64,000 bases of DNA. Origin: Chrysomallon squamiferum. Its lineage: Eukaryota > Animalia > Mollusca. A model generated the notes under the pieces. It did no database searches and had not been told where the DNA came from. It saw only the letters and a list, made by a program, of their open reading frames with translations. Positions 30,754 through 44,611 of this stretch are shown one piece after another. Within the stretch, counting starts at the first letter, position 1, and each line of letters opens with the position of its first letter. The position numbers and the translations under genes are program-made. Where the stretch lies: contig CM022679.1 of the NCBI GenBank assembly GCA_012295275.1, positions 21,886,001 to 21,950,000 on the forward strand. Reading direction: 5' to 3'.

Positions 30754-31106
30754 TTATGGGACAGCAATGGAAGCGGGCGACACCTGGTCGCAGTCCTGTC
30801 TCGTTCTCAGCGAATGCCACTGCGCGACCGGGGAACGCTGGGACTGCAACATCCGGTTCCAGTGGGTGACTTCGTGCGGTCCCGTGCCGTACTTCCCGAG
30901 CACGATGCGACCGACGAATTCGTCCTTTCTCTTGGAGTTGTGGTCCCAGACGGAAACGACGAGGCTGGTGGTGTCGAGCTGCTGTGACGTCACGTTGAAG
31001 CTGACGGACTCGTTGAAGACCGGATCGATGGTGTTCTTCTTGCAAGACGTTTTCTTCGTTTTAATTGGCTTCTCGAAGATCACCAGAGATATCTTCACAA
31101 AAGGAT
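30754..31106 (-). CDS. SYT17: Synaptotagmin-17-like terminal coding exon: rest of C2B to stop (DPFVKI...QWHSLRTRQDCDQVSPASIAVP*)
   Basis: Acceptor ttctttcattccag|AT CCT completes G|AT (Asp of SDPF), phase 1. TAA stop at 30754-30756. The tail WHSLR...CD.VSPAS matches the SYT17 C-terminus. Confidence 0.95.
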
Positions 31107-32349
31107 CTGGAATGAAAGAAAACACTTTTTAGAAAGAAAAACAATTTTGCTGTTGTTTTGTTTTGTGTTTTTATTTTTTTTTTTTAAATTTATTCTTTTA
31201 TTTTTAAAAAATTTAAAAAAAAATAATGACTAAATAAAATAAAATAAAATAAAATAAATTAAATAAATTAACAGAAGTAAAATTAAATTATCATAGAATG
31301 CCATCAACCGGAATAAAAGCACATGATTACGTTACGTAACTACATACTTGGTTTTGAAGCAAACTGCGCAGTTTTGAATGATTTGTTAAATTTTCTTTCT
31401 ATACTTTGAATTTTCCATCATCTGATATACCCATTACAGATCATTTGTTTTTAAAATTAAATGAACGCCCGTTTCCATAAATAACAAAAAAACAAAATTA
31501 TCATCCATCAATACGCTAATTTTCAACTTAACGTATTAGATAAAAGATTCGTCTTTGTCGCTTCCGTGCGTCCAGCGAGCCTTCATCTTTACTGTAAGTA
31601 GACTTAATGACTGGTATAAACGACGCGAACTAAACAAATACGTCTAATTAACGACTGCTTGAGAAAGATTAGGGCTTTGTTGAAAGAGCCATTTGCCGGC
31701 ATTTTTACAAATAACACCAGTCTTCCTAATTAGTGGAGCCTAACAACACATATTTTTTTTAAATATATATTAATTATAATAAAGTTAATAAGTCAACATG
31801 TTCGATGGGTCTAGCTAATAACGGACAAGAGAAAAACAATGCTTGTCACACGTTGACCTGTCACGTTTCACTCATCTGACGATGTAGCCACTGGTCAAAT
31901 CTGTGATCAGTTTCACCCATTGACAGACAATACTCAAACAAAGATGTCCTGTTGAGCTTACGGCTCAATCTGTCTGGATGTTCGGAACTCGAAAGAGAGA
32001 AGTGCACGTCCTAATGACGTGTTTTTTGGTTTTACTGTCTCGGAATTCTTAGGTTCCATTGTTTTCTCGGAAGACGATGGTTCGCTAACCTCCAGGCAGT
32101 GTTAGGAACAACACAAATCAGATTCACAAATGTTGAACGTCTTGGATTTCCATTCTAAGACGACGACAACACGAGCTGGTTGTCACTGAAAGCAACTGTG
32201 TCAACATAACACGAAATGGTGAAGACAACGACAGCTATTCAAACTTTTGACACCAAAACACTAACACTAAAACACTATCACTAAAACAGTAAAACACTAA
32301 CACTAACGCTAACTGGTTGGTAGCTAGTTATAACATGATCCCAGATGAA

Positions 32350-32500
32350 GATAAGAAGTAGGATCAAATCTCGATAGAGCTCTATTGTATTTTTCCCGTT
32401 CTAATCCATGCCTCTTCGACAAAAATAAAATTAGTATATGTAATTTCTATCTATTGGAACGAAATTAAAGATTATATGCTGCTAAAAATGTAACAGTTGC
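32350..32500 (+). mobile_element. Highly decayed copy of the same SINE
   Basis: Collinear remnants: ggatcaaatc (box-B-like), ttttcccgttctaatcca, attaaagattatatgctgctaa. Confidence 0.4.
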
Positions 32501-33846
32501 TGGTTATTTTCTTTTTTGTTATAAATTCATAAGTAAAAAAAAATAATAATAATAATAGTAATTAAAAAATCAATTTAAAAATGTCAAAAAAAAAAAAAAT
32601 AGAATAAAATTAAATTAAAATTAAAAACCGTTTAAATGATACCCAATAAATTTCGATATTAAAATAATTATTCATTTATTCATTCATTGTCTATACATTC
32701 ACTGTACTGAAAACACGAAATCATGATTCTTATAATTAGCTGTGTGAATCAGATACCCAGGTAATAATCTACAGTTTCAGACAGCGAGCATTTCACAAAT
32801 ATTTTCTCTGGATTGTTTGTTTTTGATGTTGTTTGTTTTACTGGTTTTAATGTTACTTGTTAGCCTTTAATGTTTTACTTCTGTTTGTTTTATGTGTTGT
32901 TTTGTTTCCGATGTTATTTATTTATTTAATTATTTATTTAATTATTTATTTATTGCTTGTTTGTTAAGTGAAAAACAAAAGAGTGACGATTTTGTTTAAA
33001 ATACTGTGATTGCGTGCACAAGTAAATATCTATTAAGCGAGGCGGTGTATAGGTAAAGTGTGTACGAGTATTTGTGGTACGATTAATTTGTTTATTGAGC
33101 GGAGCTTAAATGCTTCGTCTTTAAAATATTTAGAAAAGAAAACGAAACTTACAAAAGAATAAGTTTTTCCTTTTTCGACGGTTTTTATTACCATTTAAAA
33201 ATATTTGGATATCATAGCAACAGAATCAAAAAACTTTGATTTCCAACAATTAAACTCAGATTTTAATCATATTTTTTTTTTTTCACATGTATCAGTACAA
33301 TTATAAATAACAAAAATAAATATAATTCACCATACGCCATTTGTTGACTGAATTAAATTAGTGCCTCATGCTAGAAAACTTGCTTCAGCACAAAAAAAAA
33401 AAAATAATAATAATAATAATAATAAAATAAAAAATATAAAATAAAAAACAAATCAACGTGACAAACTGGAATTAGCGATTTCTTTCAGAATTCGTTTTGT
33501 CACGAGGTTCCTTTAATGACGTTATTACATTTCAAAAACACATGGAACCCGCAACTAGCGAAAATAATTTTTTTTTTGTTTCTTTTTATTTCAAATGTCT
33601 TTCTCCATCTTGTCTGAAATGACTCCGAGGGCTGGCAAGTACGTCCATTGCGAGTCGCATGATGTGTATTGATCTGCCTTGAGACAAACAACAAAGCAAG
33701 AGACAGTAACGGGAACTGCAGAAGAACAATTGTTGACGTCAATGGAAACAAAATTTGCGTCAATAGACAAATCTCGGTCCCTTCGCGCGATGGCAGCAGC
33801 GCTGAAAATAACTCATCTCTGCGACATTCAGTTAATGACTGCTTGA

Positions 33847-34338
<492 letters not shown>

Positions 34339-34626
34339 TGCTGTGGTTTTGTGATGGTAGGACAACGCCGTCAGCGAATTGTCAAAGATTTGTTGTTTGC
34401 AGTTGAAGTGTTGGGATTTGTAACTGAATAAACAGGTTGAGTGTGTGCTTGCTTCTTTCTTTGTTTTGGTAGATTTTGTATGTGTGGGTGTGGGTGTGTA
34501 TGTTTGTGTGGGTGGCGTGCGTGCGTGCGTGCGTGTGTGCGTGTGTGCTTTTGTTATTTCTGTGCCATAACTGTATTGTTTAATCAAGGTGTATGAATTT
34601 GTGCACGCATGTTTACATGACTGCCT

Positions 34627-34690
<64 letters not shown>

Positions 34691-35230
34691 TTGTGTATGA
34701 ACATGTTTACGCAGGTACAGATTTTAAAAAGACAACATTTTAAGAATTTGTTAGTTACATATTTTTTGTCTTGATCATTTTGTCCATCGATCAAAATTTT
34801 TTGTGCAAATATGCATGTGCATCCGTTTGCCACGGTCTGCATGTATATGTGTGTCTACGTGTGTAGAGACATGCATTCATGTCATTTTCCTTTTATTTTC
34901 CTTTGACTATTTATTATTATTATTATTATTATGATTACACTGACTTATTTAATTCCTCGAACCGGCGACGGTCGCTGGTTCAAACGTGAGTACAAGTGTC
35001 CTGACTAACCGAAGGTCATCTGCACTCCTAACTAACACAGTACTGACGTCATACGAGTTAATCTAATAAGCCCAAACCAAACATTCTATCAGACATCAAA
35101 CAGCCGGCGATAAATCACATTATATCAAAGTTCTATATTCAGCAAACAATTAATTCGCTCTGGACAATTCTTATATGAAAGGCTGAGAAACAGAATGGCC
35201 TGACCTCAAATTAAATCGAAAAGAATTTTG

Positions 35231-35405
35231 ATCATGAATAAAATAACAGAAGTTTTTGATGTGAAGATCCAGTCTGTGCCTGAATGGTCTAATCTCCAAG
35301 AAAAAAGAACTGAATATGCATCATGAATAAGAGATGTTGATAAGATCCAGCACTACTGAAACAGTCTGAACCCAAAGAAACAAGAACTGAATTTCCATCA
35401 TAAAA
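35231..35405. repeat. Degenerate ~80-bp tandem duplication
   Basis: Two units share atcatgaataa...aagatccag...ctgaa...aagaaa.aagaactgaat, followed by a partial third start (atcataaaat). Confidence 0.6.
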
Positions 35406-36049
35406 TGATCGCGAAATTTTTTTTTAAACTGACTGAATAACTGATATCAGTTGCATTTAATTGTATCGATGGACAGCTTTGTTTCTATTGCTTACAACAG
35501 TTTTAACTGTAATAACATTCCATATTATTTATCTCAAAAGCCATTTTCTGTGGGTTATGGGATAAAGGTTTTAAGGCTTTTTCATATTCAGCACTGAGCT
35601 AGAATAATGCGTGGTATTTTCTTGAAGACTACAAGAAAATTGTCTTAGTGCGAAAATGCATCGTCAATGGTTTTTTTTCAATGTTTATTATAAAGTGCTA
35701 TGTAAATTTGTGATTCCACATAATGAGTTTCGATTTCTGAAAACCATAGTATATTTTCAACCTGAAAAAAAAAATCAAACACAAATGACACAGGTTAAAT
35801 AAAAACGGTCATTAACCTGGTAAAAGAGGGCAATATTATATTATTACGGCTCACAGGAGGTAATTTCCTGTGTTCTGTGATTTGCGTTTTATTTTCGGGT
35901 TCTCCGACACATTTAGAGTGCCGTTCGAACAGAATCTCCCCATTCTACACGAGTTTGTCTGCAAAGTGACACTAGATTCGTGAGCGACTGAATCATTACC
36001 GCCCCGAGGTGACAATTATTACAAGCGATTCCTGCAGTCAAAAAAACTC

Positions 36050-36630
36050 TGGCTGCTTAGAGAACGAAATTCTAGCAGTCGCCTAGGAAATGTGACGTCA
36101 TCGCTAAAAACAGACAAAAAAGGTGAATGACACAAACGCGTGACGTCACTGCTATTAATAAAAAAAAAAAAAAAAAAGAAGCGAACGACGACACCACAGT
36201 GTCATTTGCCACTGCCACACTGTGCAGATTAACGCTATTTGCCATTAGCGAGATTTCATTGTTTTCGTACTTCCCCGTTCTTGTATTTCCGTCATGTACG
36301 GTGGGCGCTCGGATAACGGTTAATGAGCAGCTGCGGATCTCGACTCAAAAGAGATCAGATTCCAAGACGTGAGTGATGGAGGCTCAGTGGCCGGATTTGT
36401 GCTAAATGAATGGAAGTGAGAGTTTCGTGTAGGCGAGGCGTTTTGCCGCAGTTAGTTTCCACGTTGCCTGGCCGAATTATTAAAATTCCGCAGGTGAACG
36501 TAACGTAATAACGAAAGAATTTACGTATTAAGTGAAATAATTACGTAATAAGAAAAGTATTACGTAATGGGTGAGCAAGACTTAGCCTTATGACGTATTC
36601 TTGAAACAATACGGTGTCTTTACGTAACGT
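36050..36630. promoter_or_regulatory. Intronic bZIP-site cluster (2 CRE + 3 TTACGTAA)
   Basis: TGACGTCA at 36093 and 36141. TTACGTAA at 36541, 36560 and 36620, plus near-matches ttacgtat, tgacgtat and aacgtaacgtaa. Confidence 0.45.
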
Positions 36631-36684
36631 CTTGCAACTACACAGAGATGTATGTTAAAAATCACAAATTATCTTAATTCTGTT

Positions 36685-36764
<80 letters not shown>

Positions 36765-38347
36765 GCGCTCTCTCTGAGGAAACATATTAAACAACAAAAT
36801 AAATAAATAAATAATGTATAATAAATATGATTTACAACTAAAAAAATCGTAATAAAATAAGTTTAAAAACGTTACATAAAGCATACCTTGGATTTTATTT
36901 ACTAATTTTCAATTTTATAATTTATCACTTCGTTGAAGCACTGTTTAGAATTCGATGTATGAAATATAACTGTTAAAATTATTTTATTTTACTTTAAATA
37001 TTTATTTACTTAAATCTTTTAACTGTTTATAAAGTTGCATGAAAAGAAACCACATACATGGCTGTTCTTCAGGTTAGCAACCAACCAACCAGCCAGCGAG
37101 CCACAAACTCGCCTCTTTCAATGGAAAAGTTTTGTTATTTTGTGTGTCAAGCAGATGTGTTAATGAATGAATTCAACCAAGTCGACCATTCACCGCTACT
37201 TTTACATGAAAGAAATTAATCAAACTTTCATAACGGTAGTGTGCGATGTGGGCGGCTGATAAAAAAAAGAAAAGAAAAGAAAAAAAAAGTATTTTATGAA
37301 TCGTTAGGAAATGAACAAATTCATAAAGAGGTGATTGACTGATTGACCTTTCATTTTGTTTTATTTCTGTTCGTTTTTCTTTATTTCTTTTTTTTTTTTT
37401 TTTTTTTTTTTTTGATGGGGGTTGTCGTTTTGTTCTGTCTCTCTTAAAAAAAAATTTTTATATATATATCTTTTGTTTTATTTACTTATTTGATCATTTT
37501 CTTCTTCTGTTTTACTTTTTTCTTTTCTTTCCGCACGTGTACAATTCCTGTCGCTGTTTGTTTTATCTTTGAACAAACACGATCGAGACTCGTACCAGTC
37601 GTTCTGCGTACTCAACATTCATCTCACAAAGCACAGTTATCTGCGTCAGCGAGGCATAAAATTATTTCCATAGATAGACGATTGTCAAATTATCGTTTTT
37701 GTTTAGTCTTGAGACAGCGATGAAAACACATCAACATCAATCGGCAGGCAATTCGATCTTCAAGGGCTGCACGACTTTAACATGCACAATTGATGTACAC
37801 GTCTAAATTCGATTATTTATTGTCTGTGGGAGCTTGGGGTCTTTAAGGCAGTGGAAATGATGCATGATGATGATGCTGGTATTTGGTTACATACAGTGTA
37901 GAGTATTTATAGTAGCGCAGCACTTTTTCACAAATAATCTCGTTCTGACGAAACATTTTTGAGAATAACTTATTTTATTGTTTGTTGTTGTTGTTTTCAG
38001 CTTATCTATTTGCTTCAAACTCAAATAGTAACCTTCTTTTGTTTATTTAAAGAATAAATGAATGAAAGAAAAAGAAGGAATTAGAAAGAAAAAAGAATGA
38101 ATAAAACAGTGTATAATGTCGGCAGTTTCCTTTAACTGACCTCTGACCTCCAATCACAAAAACTGCCAGTTTTATGAATACCTGTTAAAAAATAATACAA
38201 ACTGCAATAAACCCAAAGAGAACGACTGAAACACAAGAACATAGCCAAAGAAAACATTTGGAACACAAGAACACAGTTAAGAACATTTAGAACACGTAGC
38301 TAAAAACAGCATAATGGGACACACAAGAACTTGGATCATTAACTTAC

Positions 38348-38468
38348 CAGAGCCTCCCACGAGGTCGGTCTGAAGAAGTCCCTTGGCCTTCATGACGTCA
38401 ACGTTTAGTCTTCCAGCGCTGGGCAGATAATTCAGTGACAAGAGAATTTCACCCAGGTCTTGTTGCTC
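38348..38468 (-). CDS. SYT17: Synaptotagmin-17-like exon: start of C2B (EQQDLGEILLSLNYLPSAGRLNVDVMKAKGLLQTDLVGGS+G)
   Basis: Acceptor ttcttcttcttctttttattgcag|GAG; donor TCT G|gtaagt; 121 nt, phase 0 to 1. LGE.LLSLNYLPSAGRLNVDV is characteristic of SYT17 C2B. Confidence 0.95.
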
Positions 38469-38754
38469 CTGCAATAAAAAGAAGAAGAAGTCGAGGTTAA
38501 GGTTAAGGTCAAGGTCAGTGGACAATTGGAATTACTGAATGTGAAACGATGTGAAAAGAAGTGTCAACAGATCCGCATACAGACAGAGAAATCGGCGAGA
38601 TGAGCAGTAACGAAGTATGACGTCAACAGAAACGAGAGTCGACGTTCTGCATGCTGTTCGTCGAAAACATCGTTAGTTTCTTACTGAATGAAAAACAACA
38701 CAACTGATGCTCATTAGTGTCGAGGACCGAAACGGTCTAATCTAATATAAGCGT

Positions 38755-38910
38755 ATTAAAAATATTTTAAATTCATGGTTATACACATGGTTAAAGACCT
38801 CACTAGATAATTAGGGAGAGGAAATCCACTGCGTCCTGTCACATTAGCGGGAAGTGATCTGTGACAGTTACCTTCCTATAAACAGGAAAGCAAATAGCCA
38901 TGCCAAGCGA
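38755..38910 (-). mobile_element. Decayed copy of the same SINE, in the SYT17 intron
   Basis: Reverse complement of 38843-38887 is tcctgtttataggaaggtaactgtcacagatcacttcccgctaat, which aligns without gaps to the SINE core. Confidence 0.55.
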
Positions 38911-40218
38911 CAGACAGAGGCAGGTAAATAAATATACTGATTTACAGACAGCAGTACTGGAAATAGATGAGTTTAATATATTCCTCTACAGATAATAATA
39001 AAATTAAATTTGGATAGTTAAATGTCATTCTGGTCATAGCGACAGTATGCTGTATAATAAAAGATGGGCATGGAACAAAACAAAAAATAAAATAAAGACT
39101 AATAAACAAGCAAACAGAAATGGATAAAAATCTTAGAGAAAAAAAAGAAGCTAATTATGATACAAGATTCCATGCGGAAAACCAGCCATTCCACTGCTGA
39201 TGAAAGACCGCAGTGAAATTAACTTGTTTCTTTGAAGGCTGGAAAACGAGCAGTTTTAGAAAGTTAATACTGTAAATGATACCTGAGAGAAAAGACGCGA
39301 AGGAGATTACGTTTATTCCGTGTTTTTTGAAGAAGCACTTTGATCTGGTTTTGATAACAAATGCGGCCCTTCACTGTCACAATTTGATGAACATGTGAGA
39401 ACAACTTCATCGTTATGTAAATTAAAGACATCTCTAGGAATGCCCGTTAAGAAAATTCAGCATTGACTTCTAAAATTGCTGTTGCAGTGGGCTTTGAAGG
39501 TTCACAGGAAAATGCTTTGAAAATTTGGCGATATGGATATAATACAAAGTAATGAAGCGTATTTATCAAGCATGTATGAATGAATGCATGAATGGACAGA
39601 ATGAAACAGAAGATTAGACAAATGAATGGATATATATAGTCCATTTAATTCCAAGGTAATTTTTAAAACTTCACAGGACGCGCTATGCTAACACCCTATA
39701 AATTATAAATATTATTATGAATGAGGTAAGCATTCATTTTATACATGCGGCCTAAGACTTAAGACTGTTCAAGAAATGATTTTGGCGATATCGATGTTTA
39801 TCCGCCATTCTCTTTTTTTTTTTTTGGTGTTACGACCCTTTTAGGAGCGCTCTCTGTCAAGGAAGCAACACGTACAGACACACCAAATATACTCATTTCA
39901 AATTTTTCAGTCTGTGACTCCGTTTATTTCTGACATGGCCACCGTTTTGAATAGCTGGTTTAAATGATTGCATCGGATTGGGATAGATGAAATGATGGAT
40001 GGAGGAATGGATAGATGGGCTGACGGACAGATGTCGGATGAAAGGATGGAGGGATGGATGGATTGGAGGGATGGATGGATTAGAGGGATGGATGGATTAG
40101 AGGGATGTAATGGAATGACAGGCATAGCACAGGATGGAATGGCAGACAAGCACAGGAAGATTGATGAAAGGATTTACGTCTAATGAAAACGTGTAGTTTA
40201 TAAAACAAAACCACTCAC

Positions 40219-41067
40219 AGTGTTGCCTGGAGACAGAGGCTTCCACATGTGTCCTCCCTTGACCAGGTTCACGTTGCCCAGGGGTAGAAGCACCTGACCA
40301 ATGATGCAGTGACGAGAATACTTGTCAAAGTCCTTGACGAGAATTTCCAGAGTTCGCCTCTCGGCCTCGCTGTACGGGATCTCAAACATGAAGTGCTCGT
40401 TCCAGACGGGCTCCTGAGTCTTCCTCTGCACTGTCGTCTGCTGGGAGTTCTTCTTGTCAGGCAGGAGCGATATCCTGCAGTAAGGATTTGAATGAGCCAT
40501 ATCCTGTTTGTTCTCGTCGAGACAGTACGGCGGAGGGAGATCCTTGGCCTCTATGATCTTAATAACGAGAGTCTTCGAGGAGACTTCGTACTGGAGGCCG
40601 AAGTGGAGCTGTCCCAGCTGGTACTGCGACAGCTTCTGTTCGTCGGTGAGACACAGGTCCTCGTTCTCGTTCACCTCGTACAGGTCCTTCTGGAGGTTGT
40701 CGATGCTGATCTCGCTCTCCGTGGCCAGGTGGCGCTTCGGCTGCACCTTCTCGCGATTGGCCGTCCAGAATTCTATGGGCTTCATGTCGATCACAGGGGT
40801 CACTTTGTAGTATTTGGAGTCGCTGCTGATGTTGCTCTGGGAAGAGACGGAGTCGGTTCGCGACTGTTCCGAGTCGTGGCGTTCTCGCGATCCTCTCACG
40901 CTGTCCGTGGCGCTGGAGGACGAGTCGAGGCGAGACAGGGATTCGCGGAACGTGTGTTTGATGTTCTTCTTCTGGACCTCCTCTTCCTTGTGTTTCTTTC
41001 CCCAGCAGTCGCAGAGGTCCTGTTTGCAGCAGAGAGCCTCCAACACTTTGTCAAACACTTTCTGAGT
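40219..41067 (-). CDS. SYT17: Synaptotagmin-17-like exon: N-terminal Cys cluster, linker and complete C2A domain (283 codons)
   Basis: Acceptor tgtgttttccag|ACT CAG AAA GTG; donor GGC AAC ACT|gtgagt; 849 nt, phase 0/0. SYT17-type motifs: PVIDMKPIEF, LTDEQKLSQYQLGQLHF, IEAKDLPPP...QDMAHSNPY, DFDKYSRHCIIG, LVKGGHMWK. Much higher GC than the flanking introns. Confidence 0.95.
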
Positions 41068-42149
41068 CTGGAAAACACAAAAATAAAAAATAAAATAATG
41101 TGGAAAAGTTACATCTGTGTGACGAAAAAAGCTAACTAATTTTTTTTAGATTTAAGCTCATTTTTAAAAGCTCATTAAAATCATAAACACATTTTAAACT
41201 ATTTTTTCCAGTCTGCTCAAAAACCTTAACACATTTTAAATCACAGCATATGTGTTTCCAAAGTCTACTCGTAAAGTGCCATTATTTCTTTCACTAAGAG
41301 CCCCATTGTCAAGAGAAATTTTTCCAAAACCTTTTAGACAGAAAACGTACACAATTGCATGGATTGGCCAAGACTAACACTATTTATAATACGTAAGAAG
41401 AAATATTTCATTTTTTTTTTTTTTTTTTTTTTTTACTTTGATTAACATTATTTCTCATGATAGTATTATGTGTGGTTTTAGTTGTTGTTGTTGTTGTTGT
41501 TTTTCTGTTGTTGTTGTTTTTGATGATGAATATCGTTTTTCTCAGTAGCATTATCAGTTTTTACTTTGTATGATTATGCTGGTTGAAAGAGCAATGACCT
41601 TTTATATCACATCACTTATTCTAATAAACAGGGCAAACAGAGCAGAGTATGCGATAATTTCGCTCGTTCACACAATACGAAAGGAAGTGTTTATGAAAAT
41701 TATTGTAATTATGCGCTAGAGCCCTTTATAATGTCGAAGTACGTCACCTAAAAGAAAAACAACGTCTTGCAATGAAATCTGTAATGAAGTCTAAGGTAAA
41801 CTTCGAGTAATCATAAGTGAGCTTTTCTTTCAATTCTTCCTCTTTTTTTTTTTCAATTTTTTTAATTAATTTTTTTATACAAAAGCCTATGTTTTCAGCG
41901 AAATATTATCTATATTTTTGAAAAAGGAAGAGGCTGTAACATAGAAAATAAACATTATCACTGATTTTAATTTTTTATTTATATCGTCTTGCTTCGTTTG
42001 TTTTAGTTGTTTAGTTTGTTTTGTTTGTTTAGATTAGTATATTCGGCATTATGTATTTATTTATTTATTTATTTATTTATTTTATTATATATAATTTATA
42101 TATTTATTATGTTTTTGCGTTTCTTTTCTCCTTTGGGGGTGAATAGCGT

Positions 42150-42183
<34 letters not shown>

Positions 42184-42668
42184 CTATCGTTTTAAAAAAA
42201 AAAAAAAAATTAAAATTAAATATATATATACCAAAAAAAAAATGCAGACAAACAAACAAACAAACAAACAAAACTATTAACGGTCAGAATCGACTTCTCG
42301 TGCACGAAAGGCAATAAAATTCAGTTACGTAAGAGTAAATCTGTCTGTGGTTAAAACAGTTATAACGATTTTGTCCTGGTTTTAGCGCTGTTCCTTTTAA
42401 ACTACAGCTGAATCGTGAAAACAAATATTGATCTACGTAGTTTCATTCGTTTGATCTGTTCCATACAACGACAATTTTATTGTTCACGCAATCAAAACAA
42501 GAAAGAAAATGAACAATAAATAAATAAAATACATAATACGGAGGAGAATGTATAGAAGATAAAGAGAACGAAGGAACAGAAGAAAAAAAAGAAAAGAAAA
42601 ATAGAAAAAGAACGTTAAAAAATAAGACAGTCACCAGGAAAAACAAAAACAAGCATGCAAGAAAAAAT

Positions 42669-42701
<33 letters not shown>

Positions 42702-44064
42702 TAAAAATAATAAATTAATAAATAAATAAATAAAAATAATAAATAAATAAATAAATAATAAATAAATAAATAAATAAATAAAAATAATATATAAATAATA
42801 ATAATAAATAAATAAATACATAAAAAGAAAGAGAAAGATTTAACAAAATAAACGCAACTTGTGAGAACACTATCAAAGCAGCAGATCAGAAACAAAATGA
42901 CGTTACAGTTGGCTGCAGTCGGGCACACTCGGTTCAAAGACGCGTTGCTTGTAACACGTGTTCAAACACGTAGGCTGGCGGTTCTATTTATCTGTAACAA
43001 TCATGACACAACTGTCTCGGTCGCAGACCTCAGCATGTGCTTACTGACATGTACCAGTCACCGCAGTGAATCGATCTAGTGACCGCACCCAGTTTGCACC
43101 AGTGTGTCTAAATAAACGTGAGTGCAGGAATTCCAGCAGATGCTTCTTCTACAAACACCAGACAAATACACATGTATGTACGTATGTATACAATACGTAC
43201 TAACGTACATGTGTATGTGAGTATGTGAGCATGGATGCGTGCATGCACCCATTCACCCCCTCACTCACACGGACACTCATATGCATTCATATACGCATGC
43301 TTACACACATAATCACACACACACAAACGTACACAGAACACACACACACAGAAACGTTCACACCACACACACAAATATATACATGCACACATGCTAACAC
43401 AGAGACTTTCAAACATACAAACAGTACAAGTAAACCTATGTATAGCAGTTGCATAGAATTTGTCAATAAATGATTTTACACTACACATACACTACACATG
43501 CACTTCAAATGCATATAATATATACGAACAATAGCTCATGTGCCCAAAGCCGTCTACTTTATTTGATGTATGTAATCCTGTTTACACACAAAATATAACT
43601 AATATTTCACATTATTATTTATTGTCTTTTCTGCTTATATATTTCTGTTATTAAATCATGAATGAATGAATCTGGTTTTTTATTATAGCTGTTGTTAATT
43701 CTTAGTTATTTGATTTTTAATAAACGAAGTGAAAAGATCCTGGCTGGAACAGGATAAAAACAATAATCAGCATTGTACCTGCAACCGAAAACACACGCCG
43801 AAACATTTTACAAGCATTAACAATTACCAGTTTGAAAATATAATCGTGTTTACAAAACTAAATCACTAAATGATCACAATTAACAGTCACTAAGTTATAT
43901 ATTAACGAATTTGAAAACAGATATTAATCTATCACAATTTATATTCTTTGTAAAACGGAATGTTTCTCAATAGCCTCAATATTTTTTAATCTTTGTCCAA
44001 AAAGTTAGGTTGTACCTTTTGAAAAAAGAGTTATTTAACGATCTCATAGCGTATTTCGTTTGCA

Positions 44065-44155
<91 letters not shown>

Positions 44156-44164
44156 GTAATAGTA

Positions 44165-44204
<40 letters not shown>

Positions 44205-44573
44205 TAACAAATTGCAAGCCGATCACAACTTCTATGCAGAAAAGACAAAAGGTGAAATGTTTTAAACAGATGAAAGAAGAGGTACAAATCATTAATTCAA
44301 ACAGTACATGCACTAACTACAGACGGTGTCACAGAAGAGTTATTTAAACTGATATTCCTAACATGTGAACTTTTTAGACACTACACCGTCGCTGATCAGT
44401 GAGTGTGAAATATTGTTTGTACGAAGGACAATTCAACCACGCTCCATTAAACCGAATACAGAAATCAATGGAAAACCGCAGAGTGGAACAATGAAACTGA
44501 GGTTTTGACTCCCTGACACAAAACAAAACCAGAACAGACCCAGAGAAGAATTCGGGGGAGGCGAGGGTGTGGT

Positions 44574-44611
<38 letters not shown>

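Noticed and set aside
39275-39300. Minus-strand ttttctctcag|gtatca as a recursive site; also cag|gttgaa at ~35762 and cag|gtacaa at ~43778
   Set aside because: The regenerated donors are weak and the introns are modest in length, so chance occurrence is likely.
40309-41139. + strand ORFs (up to 215 aa) overlapping the C2A exon; likewise 30675-31132
   Set aside because: Antisense shadow ORFs of a GC3-rich coding exon, with no recognisable protein features.
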